From Mobula hypostoma (lineage: Eukaryota), in the NCBI RefSeq assembly GCF_963921235.1, contig NC_086097.1, positions 154,320,001-154,384,000 of the forward strand: a DNA stretch of 64,000 bases, read 5' to 3'. Both the position numbers and the translations under genes were made by a program. The notes beneath the pieces were generated by a model that was given only the letters and a program-made list of their open reading frames with translations, did not search any database and was not told the origin of the DNA. The first letter of the stretch is position 1. Every line of letters begins with the position of its first letter. Below are positions 13,447-24,148 of this stretch, piece after piece.

Positions 13447-13536
13447 ATGAACCTACATCGTATCGGAACACCGTGTTTTAATTGATAACAACACTCGGAA
13501 GAAGAGTGCAAGGTACGAGCCAAGGCAGAGCGAGGC

Positions 13537-14690
13537 GTGAGACTGAAAATGGAGTTGGATACAGGCTCAGCTTTATCAGTGATCTTTGTACACAACTACA
13601 AACAACTGTTACCTCTGAAACGAACTAAACTACTGTTAAAGACGTACACAGGACAGAAAGTGCACCCTGAAGGCAAAATTAAAGTGACAGTGCAGGCCCA
13701 TATGTCAAAGGATAAACTGACGCATATTTTTTCCAATATCAATCCTATTTGTGACAGATGTAATATTGAGGTGGTCACCTTAACTCATATGTATTGGTTT
13801 TGCATAAAGCTAGATAACTTTTGGAGAGATGTTTTTAAAATGCTATCAAAAGTCTTGGATCTGGATCTACAACCTAATTTGCTTACAGCAATTTTGGGGA
13901 TTATCCCATTGGAAGCAGGAAATATTCCTGTTTCTGCTCAACGTATGATAGCCTTTTTGACCTTTATGGCTAGGAGAGCCATTTTATTGAAGTGGAAGGA
14001 TTCTAATCCACCTACGGTCTTTTATTGGCTCTCCTCCATTATGTCCTGTTTAAGTTTAGAGAAAATAAGAAGTCAGACATTTGATACATCCTTTAAATTT
14101 GAGCAAATCTGACGACCTTTCATCCAATATTTTCATCTAATTTGACTTACCACTCTTCCAATGTTTTTTTGAAGTTTTAGATTTGATCAGAAAGTCTTTC
14201 TTTTTTTTGGTCATATCCTCAAAGTTGACTGCCCAGTCCCTTTTTTTGTTTCTTTTTTATGTATTGTGTAGTTGTTATTTTTCTTCATTTAAAATTCAAT
14301 GATTTTTCTTTCCTCTTCATGAACAGATAAGAGGAGAATGGCTGTATTCTGTTTTTTATTATATATTTTGTACTAGCTTAACAATATATATGATTTTCAT
14401 AATGTCTATCTTAATCTCGGTTTGTACTGTTATTGATATATATATATATATATATTTGAGATAATTCTCCTCTTGTTTGTATTTATGTTCCTTTTAAATC
14501 AATAAAAAGATTAATAAAGAAAGAAGGTAAAGTGAGTGACCCACGGAGGTAAAACACAGCAAATGATCCTCTATGTACTGAAAAAGGGAGGACCACCTTT
14601 GCTGGGACGTGAATGGCTCAGGAAAATCCAGTTGGATTGGCACACCATCAAGGCACCAGATGTGTCAACAATGAAGGGCAGCTTGGCGGG
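13537..14690 (+). pseudogene. Retrotransposon aspartic protease remnant, split by an L1/Tx1 insertion
   Basis: LKMELDTGSALSVI...LLLKTYTGQKV...GKIKV (13537-13687), continuing as VTHGG...[24 protein letters not shown] (from 14536). Confidence 0.88.
13688..14527 (+). mobile_element. L1/Tx1-clade LINE 3' end
   Basis: ORF2 C-terminal zinc finger CDRC...LTHMYWFC...FW and ARRAILLKWK; T-rich 3' UTR; AATAAA/A-rich tail; TAAAGTGA duplicated at 13680-13687 and 14528-14535. Confidence 0.9.
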
Positions 14691-14694
14691 GAAG

Positions 14695-15556
14695 ATGTCC
14701 GCAGCTCTCCTCTCACACATTGTCAACTATTACAACGAGGAGGAGGAGCTAGACAGCGTCAATGGTGAGGACGAATGCAGTATCCGTGGCCATGACTCGG
14801 ATGAAGATACAGAGGATACAAGGGAGACAGATATTGCCAATAAGCAGGATGATGAAGACTACCTGGAAGTAAAAGAGCAGATGTACCAGGAGAAATTGAC
14901 ATCTCCCAAATGACAGGTACAGCAGTTACAGGAAGGCATTTTACAGGAGTATCAGAAAAGGATGAAGAAATTAGATCAACAATACAAGGGAAGGATACGA
15001 AATGCAGAGCTTTTCCTGCAACTGGAGACAGACAAGTGGAAAGGAATTATATTAAAGAGAAGAAAGCAGCAGTGAAGGAATTTGAAGATAAAAAGATTGT
15101 TAGAAGAAAGAAAAAGTTGATTGAGAATGAGAGGCTACCAATGGAACTCACAGGAGATTCTATGATGGTAAAGCCAATGATGACTAGGAAACCTAATGAT
15201 CCTGTTCCAATTACAGACAAAAGACGAAAACCTGCACCAGCGCAGTTTGGGTTTGGGTTTGGGTATTTGATCCTGTACAATGTTCAACATGAGAATTTAA
15301 ACTGGAGGTGGCAGTGTTTTTTTTTTACGAGGTCAACATCAACCTGGCACGGATGAAGAGCACGCTCGGGAGCGGTCTGTCACTGGATCAAACTCAGGAA
15401 CCTCCATTCTCGAGCCCGGTGCTGATCTCACTGCACCACCAGCCGGCAGTTAAATTATTTGTTAACAAATGAACAGATAATGGAAGATCTGCAAACTCTC
15501 AATAAGCTTAAATCTCCGAAAAGACCAGCATCTCCATCTTCTCCTGAACAATTTCC
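14695..15556 (+). pseudogene. SUDS3: Intronless SUDS3 (Sin3/HDAC corepressor subunit SDS3) fragment, N-terminal two thirds
   Basis: MSAA..., [118 protein letters not shown]; premature TGA at 14911, frameshifts, small deletions. Confidence 0.95.
15248..15445 (-). mobile_element. tRNA-derived SINE inserted in the SUDS3 copy
   Basis: Head GGCTGGTGGTGCAGTG...GAGTTTGATCC on the minus strand resembles 57210-57464; (CCCAAA)n tail; GCAGTT duplicated at 15242-15247 and 15446-15451. Confidence 0.85.
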
Positions 15557-16362
15557 TTGGGAAAGATCCATGAAAATTGGTCATCCCTTAAAAGCTCTTA
15601 GACAAAATCAATTCCATTCAAACAAAACAGCTTTCGCACAAGGTAAATCTTGAACCAATGATTTCCTCCATTGAGAATCATACACTTCATCCTTTGCAGG
15701 GAAGTTTCTTTTTCACGTACATATTCTGAATCCTCAGCCAATGTGTCTTGTTTTGCACAAAGAAGTTGGGAAACAGCATCAGAGCAGAGGCGAATTCTGG
15801 CAACAAACTGTAAGTTTTCTGTTGTTGCATTTTCACACTCGTGCTGAATGCGCATCTGAAGGAATCCTCCCTCTTGAGCTAGGTACGCAATCTTTTCTTG
15901 CACTGTGCACAACTGGGATTTTTCACACATAGGATCCTCCAAACAATTCAGAAACAGTGCATAGAGTTCAGTCTCATTTTCTTGACCAAGATTTGTTTTT
16001 TTTTAAACTTCAGACAGATAGCACTGCAAGTAATCCTTAATATCAGCAAAACTGTACTTTAACAGCAGCTTAAGAACAATGGAACAAACAACAGGATTTC
16101 GATCAACTGCTTCATCAAATGGTGAAAGATTACTGATAAAGTACTGATCTTTCTGTGAGTTATCATTGGATGGCCCTGACTTTTGAATAACTAGCAGAGA
16201 CAGCAGATCACTAACCACTTCTTTTGGAAACCAAAGCTACGAAAAATGCATCACACCTCTTGTGAAATATGACTAATTTTGCTACAGCTTCACTTATTTC
16301 TTCTGTTACCACTGGTACATAACCATCATCTAGAGAAGTATGGCACATTGGGCAGATTCCCC
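15538..16362 (-). pseudogene. RNF213: Intronless RNF213 (mysterin) fragment, from the end of the RING finger into the E3 module
   Basis: CPMC...[87 protein letters not shown]...GIDFV, WIFPKE; one frame from 16218 down with two stops (16003, 15598). Confidence 0.92.
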
Positions 16363-16509
16363 CCAGACCCTTGAGTTATAATTATTATTATTATTATGTT
16401 AATTTGTTATAATTTGATATTATTAACTTACTAAGTAAACAATTGGTAGGCGTTTTATGTTAAGGGTACACATATTTGTTTAGCGTAGTGACCCAGGTGA
16501 TACACTATT

Positions 16510-16527
16510 AAAATAAAAGGGGAGGAG
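16510..16527 (+). promoter_or_regulatory. Polypurine tract
   Basis: AAAATAAAAGGGGAGGAG abutting the 3' LTR. Confidence 0.9.
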
Positions 16528-17379
16528 TGTACCATATAGCCTACTGTATATTATGGGACTACTTTATGTTGTAATAACACGTCGTTGCATGCGCTATTTG
16601 GCGCATATTGATCTGTACGTGTGTGTTCAGTTCAGTTTCAGTCAGTAAAGAACCCTGTAATTTAGCTCCCATCTCCATCGTTTTTATTTATAGCTTTGTT
16701 GTGTAACCCGGCCACATACACAACAGTAGACATGTTTTTACACTATGGGGGTGCCGGAAAGTATATTGTGCCTAACAGGGGAATTGGCATGCATGATGGT
16801 GTTTTAGGGGGGCATTGGCAAATATGAAACTTCTTTAAGGGGCAGGGTGGGGCTAAAAAAAGTTGGGAAACACGGTTTTAACCCATACACCACAGCTTTT
16901 CATCTAAAAGTGAGTTTGTAGATGTTTTTTTAGATCCAGAATTCATCATAAGAAAAGAAATCAGTGTGAAATACAGAACTGGAACTGAGGTCCTTAGTAA
17001 TCCTGATCCCTTCCACTGATCTTGTTTAGAAAGCCAACAATGGAAGGTGGGAACCTGCTGGCTCAGTTCCTCACCGAATGAACTCAATGAGCTATCAAGG
17101 AGCTACTGATTAGTATTTTCAACTAAGTTTAAAATATACACGTTTCCTACAATTTCACTGCAATACTACTTCAATATTTTATGCTTCATGTGCAGCTGAA
17201 CAGTCCCACAGTGGAAAAGTATTCATAATAAACACATGTACAGTAGGTTTGTGGGTAAAAGAAATCAAGCCTACTTTTAGGAATTCATTAAAACAGACTG
17301 TAACTCTTAGAAATTTTACAGCCGTTTCATATTTCCAGGTTCAAAAGAAAGAAGGAACATTAAAAAAAGCTTTCCAAGT

Positions 17380-17740
17380 ACTCATATCATCCCAAGGTGT
17401 TTCACAGCTGATAAGTTACTTTTGATGTGCAATCATTGTTATACAGGGAAACACAGCAATGCCGACATGCAGAGTAATAAAACAAATGCATTGTTGGTGT
17501 TAGATTGGACATTGAACCATATGCTGAGATTATACCTCCCCCAGTCTTTCTCAAGTAGTCAAAGGATCTATTACAGCTATCTGAACATGCAAAAGATGCA
17601 TTGGTTTAGGTTCTTATATAAATCCTTTCAATGCATCCCTCCTAGAGTACTCCACCATTATGTCAAGTCTCTGGTTAAGGCCCTGGACTGAGACTTGAAT
17701 TGTGATTACCTGACACAGAAGCAAAAATGCTACGCAATCA
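17380..17740 (-). mobile_element. Old Deu-domain-like SINE (related copies near 37300-37490, 47740-47990, 53740-54060)
   Basis: TTCACAGCTGATAAGTTACTTTTGATGTGCAATCATTGTT...GGAAACACAGC resembles my recollection of the DeuSINE/SacSINE1 body; very diverged. Confidence 0.45.
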
Positions 17741-20700
17741 CTAAAGAGGGCAGTTGGAAGACACTAGCCATTAACATTTATAAGTGGCTCTTTGTTATGT
17801 TGTCAATACACCAATGATCTTGCTGCAGTATTAATATTTTTATGAAGTTGTAATTACATTAGGAGGAATTGATCCATTCTGTCTATAATGCTGTTCCAGG
17901 AATTCATTCATACTGAAAATAAAGCTGATTTTACTTAACTTGCAGGTTTCCCAGGAAGGGGGTGGGACCATGTCTTACACAGTCTTATGGACAGAACACA
18001 ATGGTTCGGGTTTCAACAAGATGCCCTAAAGCCTGGTAAAGCCTTACAGTTCAGATGCCATCTTAGCAACAGGATTGCAAAGGGGACACATGACAAGACA
18101 TGCCTGGTTTTATTTTCCTGATATGGAGCATGCTGAAACTGGATACTGTCAAATTCCATTGATAATTAAAACAAGTCACATAAATCTTTCAAAATGATGC
18201 AATACAATTGAACTTCATGACAGCCAAGACTTAATTATATCCTCCAACTAGTTGTGGGATTCCAACAAACCAACTCTTATGCTTTTGCTTTTTTTAATAC
18301 ATTTTCAGACTTGGGTATGACTAGCATCTATTGCCCATTCCAATTGCCCTTGACAAAGTGATAGTGAGTCAGTGTATCATTGTGCCAGGGACGAAGGTTC
18401 AATCCTTACCTTGGGTATTCATTGTGTGGACTTTGCATGTTGTCCCTGTGACAATGTGGATTTTCTCCAGGTGCTCCCAGAGATGGGGCCAGTAGGTTAC
18501 TTCACAACTGTAAATTGTGCAGGTAAGTGTTAGATTCTAGGGGAGCTGATGAGAATGTGGGAAAATTAAAATGAGGTTAATGTAGCATTAGCGTAAAAGG
18601 CCAATTGATAGTTCATGCAGACAATGGCCAAAGGGACTGCTTCTGTACTATATGACTCTAAGTCTCCTAACTGATGCAAGTCTTCTGGTGAAGAAACACC
18701 ACAGTGCTATTTAAAAGCAAGTTTGACCAGATGTGGTAACATAATGGTAATAATATTTCCAAGTCAGGATGATGCATAAATTGGAGGGGAAGACGCAGGT
18801 GGCAGAGTTCACATGCACCTTCTCCCCTCACTCTCCTTGGTGGTAGAAATCACAGGTCAGCGAAGTTCTGCTGGAGTTGCCTACACAATTAACTGCAAGA
18901 AATTCTGGAGAGCATGCACAATACAGCTGCAGTGTTCCTGTGATGGAGGTTAGTGTGCCTTGATGGAGAACCTATCAAGCAATCTTTTTAACTTGGATTG
19001 TGTCAAACTTCTTGAAAGTTGCTGCTTCTCTACTCATCCAAATTATGTGTATTCCATTATGCTCCTGACTTTAGCCTTGTGAATGGTGGACAGGTCTTGG
19101 AGTATCATGATTCACTTGTTACAGGATGCCTAGCCTCTGATTTGCTCCTGTGACTAAAGTTTTTAATATGGTTGGTGCATTTCTGGTCAGTAGTAACTTG
19201 CAGGATATTGATAGTGGTGTGCTAGAATGCCAAGGATGGATGGGGACATTCTCTTGTGGAGGTGGTCATTGCCTGTCACTTTGTAACCACAAATTTTACT
19301 CATCTAGAGACATGGGCTACTCCATTTGCCTTGGAGCTGCACATTGCACAAACATCAATCAAATTCTCCACTTCTAACTTTACGAGGGAAGGAAAGTTAT
19401 TGACAAAGCAACTGAAGATGGTTAGGGCTGGGGGACTGTCATCAGTAACTTCCACAATGATTCCTGTGTTGGACCACTGACAATCACAACGATCTTCCTT
19501 TGTATAAAACATTACACTAACCACGGGAGTGTTTTCACTTCCATTAGCTCAGCTTTGCTATATTTCCTTGTTACCATACTCAGTCCATTCTCAAAATTGT
19601 TGATGTGTGTTTGCCAAAGTGCTACCTTAAAATAACTACCAGGTATAGGTTTGTTACGCCGATGGATAGTTTGACTATTACTGCAGGTGCTCATCCCATT
19701 TGATTTGTGAGTTTAAATTAAAAATTGATCTCCTGTTATATCTCCTTTTAAATATACCATCAATTGTCTCTTCCACATATATTTCACCTCCCATTCTTGA
19801 AAACTGTTAGCTTAAACCCAAGATATATTTCCTCTCCAAGGACCTTGATCAATTTCAAGCCTATTTTTGCACAAATCCATGCTTGAAGCATCAGTCATGG
19901 TCCAATCCCTGTACTCAGCTCTAAACACCCTAGATCAAAGCCAGAAACAGCACTCTCCCTGACCTTAATTGTAATCCACAATACTCTTGCATTGTTTTTG
20001 ATTTATCTGCAACTTTTGTCACATTTACTGTTGACATCCTCCCCAAATAACTTGCCTCCACTGTCTAAATGAGCTGGACTCTTTTCCTTTATTGCCCACT
20101 GCTTGAAAACATCCTAAAAATCAGTTATCTCAGTCTCACCATAAACACTTTCATCACAAATTCCATTCGTCTTTTGTCGTATTTCAGACCGAAACAACCA
20201 TCTTTGCATCCTGAAAACTAAAAATAACTGCAATAAAAATAGACAATGCTGGAAACACTCAGCGGTTAGGCAACATCTTCCAAATGTGAAACAGAAACTA
20301 CTTTACCTGCCTCTCATAGTATATATCACATCACCTAAGAGTCACTTTTCATCATATTTCATATTAGAACTCGATGAAGTAGTCTCTGGTTATCTTAGCT
20401 CAAAGTTGAGACTAAATCAACTCACAATTTTAATATGAAGGACGAATATGATGCACAAGAATTAAATGTGCATAGCTTGGGAGCGTGGAGGCTCAACTTA
20501 ATCCACACTTTAGCTGGCAAAAGGAAGGGATTTCTGGCAACAGGAGACAACAACAGCATTTGAGGGTAATAAGATCCAGCAGGAGTATGGGTTCTGGCAG
20601 CATTTCTGTTCCTTATGCCATAAAGGAAACCTTTCAATAAAATTGTTTATTCTTTAAATCTGCTAGTGGAACACAAGAAAACTCCCAGTGGTATGGCCGC

Positions 20701-20794
20701 ATTGGAAAACCATCAAAGCTTCTCCACTCACCTTGCACTAAGCATATAGAATACGTCAAGGTGATGATGTCATTAGACCCTATTCGAATATTTA

Positions 20795-21425
20795 ATAGAA
20801 CATAGAATAGTACAGCACAGTACAAGCCCTTCGGCCCACAATTTTGTGCCGACCCTTAAATCCTGCCTCCCATATAACCCCCCCCCCACCTTAAATTACT
20901 TCATATACCTGTCTAGTATTCTCTTAAATTTCACTAGTGTATCTACCTCCACTACTGACTCAGGCCGTGCATTCCATGCACCAACCACTCTCTGAGTAAA
21001 AATTTTTCCTCTAATATCCCCCTTGAACTTCCTACCCCTTACCTTAAAGCCATGTCCTCTTGTATTGAGCAGTGGTGCCCTGGGGAAGAGACGCTGACTG
21101 TCCATTCTATCTATTGCTCTTATTATCTTGTACACCTCTATCATGTCTCCTCTCATCCTCCTTCTCTTCAAAGAGTAATGCCCTAGCTCACTTAATCTCT
21201 GATCATAATGCATACTCTCTAAACCAGGCAGCATCCTGGTAAATCTGCTCTGTACCCTTTCCAATGCTTCCACATCCTTCCTATAGTGAGGCGACCAGAA
21301 CTGGACACAGTACTCCAAGTGTGGCCTAACCAGAGTTTTATAGAGCTGCATCATTACCTCACGACTCTTAAACTCTATCCCTCGACTTATGAAAGCTAAC
21401 ACCCCATAAGCTTTCTTAACTACCA
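20795..21425 (-). mobile_element. CR1 3' end, well preserved
   Basis: ORF 20896-21438 (LYKTLVRPHLEYCVQFWSP...TRGH...FTQRVV); ATAGAAC-type tail. Confidence 0.93.
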
Positions 21426-21693
21426 CTGTAAAGGTCATCCAGTGTCTCTCTGCACACTACTGCCCATCTAGTCAATAGAGACACTGGGGTTGGACCTCCC
21501 TGACAGGATAGATTTTAATCTCCACATGTCCATGCCCACTTTATGTCACTTGAGGTCATTAAAGCTGGGCCCAATAAAGAAAATGATTCATTAAGTCAGG
21601 TACTCCAGTTCAGTTTTAAAATAACAGAAGATAACAGTATTTGCTTTCAGAATTCTTGGGAAGCATTTACAAACTAGTAAGTACAGAATCTCA

Positions 21694-21786
<93 letters not shown>

Positions 21787-22039
21787 TCACCTGGAAACAA
21801 AGAGGTCAATAAACAATTAAATCAAATTCAGAATTGAGGCACTGACCCTAAATTAAGTGTACTAAAAATATCATAAAGTTATTCCTAATGTCCCCAGGAG
21901 GTAAATTAGTAAATTGGTTTGTTATTGTCACATGCACTGAGGTAAAATGAAAAAAAAATGTTTTGCATTCCATTTATACAGATCATTTCATCACATCAGT
22001 ACACTGAGGCAGTACAAGAGAAATGCAATAACATTACCT

Positions 22040-22455
22040 AGAATGCAGAGCTGTTGTTATGAGGAGAGATAGGATGGGCTCAGTTTATCCTTACTGGAAC
22101 ACAAGAGGCTAAGGATTAGAAACTTATGAGTGTCAGGGACATAACAAACCATCAAAACCCTTTTTTTTCTCAGGGTAAGGGAGTCTAGAACTAGAAATAA
22201 CTAGTTCAATTCAAAGGTGGTCTGAGGGATATGTTTTTCACACAAATGGTGGTGAATATCTGGAATAAAATGCGTGAAAAGATGGTGAAGACAGAAAAAA
22301 TTACAACACTTAAAGTCATTTGAAATGTTACTTGGAGGGGATGGATACAGACTAACTTGGGCAAATGGGATTAGCATAGATAGACATAATAATTGGTATG
22401 GATGCGGTGGGCCAAAACAGTATATTTCAATGCTGTAAGATTCTACAATTCTATG
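22040..22455 (+). mobile_element. CR1 3' fragment (old)
   Basis: Degraded YEER/RL, TTTTTCACACAAATGGTGGTGAATATCTGGAAT, CR1 3' UTR. Confidence 0.65.
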
Positions 22456-22874
22456 AATGCACACGTCATTATGTGTAATGGTTTCCATTTATTTCCTTGG
22501 AACACACTACTGTGCTTTCTTCCCTCAGCCACTGTTCTACCGAATGAATTGCTAGGAATCATGAGTGTTCTGTGAAGCTGTAGGTCATAAATAAATCAAG
22601 TTACTTTAACACCTCTTCACTTTCCTCTCCCCTAAAGACAACAATGCAATTGTTTTCAGCTCCTTGAGCTCCTTGTGAATCATTTACTTTCAAAACATAG
22701 ACATTGCAATTTCACATTGCTAAGCCTAAAACAAGGGTCAGTAAGATATTTGGATAAGAAAACTTTTATCGTGCACACACTTGATCAACAAGAGTTTATG
22801 CTTTAAGAACTTACTTAGTTCTGGTGGATCCAAGTTGAAACCCTTCAAGAGTCCTCTAAAGTTAATATTTATGA

Positions 22875-24148
22875 ATATTTATGAACATTTGGAGAGGCAT
22901 GATTAGGAATAGTCAGCATGGCTTTGTCAAGGGCAGGTTGTGCCTTACCGAGCCTGATTGAATTTTTTGAGGATGTGACTAAACACATTGAAGAGTGTAG
23001 AGCAGTAGATGAAGTGTATATGGACCTTAGCAAGGCATTTGATAAGGTATCCCATGCAAGGCTTCTTGAGAAAGTAAAGAAGCATGGGATCCAAGGGGAC
23101 CTTGCTTTGTGGATCCAAAACTGGCTTGCCCACAGAAGTCAAAGAGAGGTTGTAGATGGACCAGTGGTGTGCCTCAGGGTTCTGTTCTGGGACCCCCACT
23201 CTTTGTTATTTTTATAAATGACCTGGATGAGGGAGTGGAGGGATGGATTAGTAAAGTTGCTGATGACACAAAGGTTGGGGGTGTTGTGGACAGTGTAGAA
23301 GACTTTCAGAGTTTACAGCGGGACATTGATAGGATGCAAAACTGGGCTGAGAAATGGCAGATGGAGTTCAACCCACATAAGTGTGAGGTGGTTCATTTTG
23401 GTAGGTCAAATATGATGGCAGAATATAGCATTAATGGCAAGACTCTTGCCAGTGTGGAGGATCAGAGGGATCTTGGGGTCCAAGTCCATAGGTCACTCAA
23501 AGGTTGACTGTGTGGTTAAGAAGGCATATGGTGCATTGGCCTTCATCAATCGTGGGATTGAGTTAAGGAGCCGAGAGGTAATGTTGCAGCTATATAGGAC
23601 CCTGGTCAGACACCACTTGGATTACTGTGCTCAATTCAGTACAGGAAGGCTGTGGAAGCCATAGAAAAGGTGCAGAAGAGATTTACAAGGATGTTGCCTG
23701 GATTGAGGAGCATGCCTTATGAGAATAGGTTGAGTGAACTCGGCCTTTTCTCCCTGGAGCGACTGACGATGAGAGGTGACCTGACAGAGGTCACCTAAGG
23801 AGAGGCATTGAGAGGCATTGATCCTGTGGATAATCAGAGGCTTCTTCCCAGGGCTGAAATGGCTAACACGAGAGGGCATAGTTTTAACGTGCTTGGAAGT
23901 AGGTACAGAGGAGATGTCAGAAGTTTTTTTACGCAGAGTGTGGTGAGTGTGTGGAATGGGCTGCTGGCGGCGGCGGTGGTGGAGGTGAAAACGATAGGGT
24001 TTTTTAAGAGACTCCTGGATGGATCCATGGAGCTTAGAAAAATAGAGGGTTATGGGTAAGCCTAGGTAGTTCTAAGGTAAGTACATGTTCAGCACAGCTT
24101 TGTGGGCCGAAGGGCCTGAATTGTGCTGTAGGTTTTCTATGTTTCTAT
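22875..24148 (+). mobile_element. CR1 RT to 3' end with internal deletions
   Basis: [33 protein letters not shown], (TTTCTATG)n tail. Confidence 0.93.

Larger units (their letters stand above)
13232..16725 (+). mobile_element. Non-autonomous Gypsy (Mag-like) LTR retroelement carrying host gene fragments
   Basis: 198-bp LTRs at 13232-13429 and 16528-16725 (about 20 mismatches by hand count), GTAGA duplicated at 13227-13231 and 16726-16730, PBS and PPT, protease remnant, no recognisable gag/RT/IN. Confidence 0.95.
11374..16875 (+). mobile_element. hAT (Charlie/Buster-type) DNA transposon, internally deleted, hosting an LTR element
   Basis: Imperfect TIRs CAGTGATTCCAAA / TTGGGAAACACGG; 8-bp flanks TTCTAACC (11366-11373) and TTTTAACC (16876-16883); transposase remnants inside. 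Confidence 0.85.

Noticed and set aside
13537..14112. 191-aa ORF as a novel protease/zinc-finger gene
   Set aside because: Chance in-frame join of the protease N-half and an inserted L1/Tx1 ORF2 end bounded by an 8-bp duplication.
15248..15263. (TTTGGG)n as an interstitial telomere
   Set aside because: Not TTAGGG; it is the SINE tail.
15245..15449. GT...AG block in SUDS3 as a retained intron
   Set aside because: It is a SINE with a target duplication; splicing at these GT/AG would lose a base and create a stop.
14695..16362. SUDS3 or RNF213 as the resident functional genes
   Set aside because: Both are partial, intronless, carry stops or frameshifts, and lie between LTRs.
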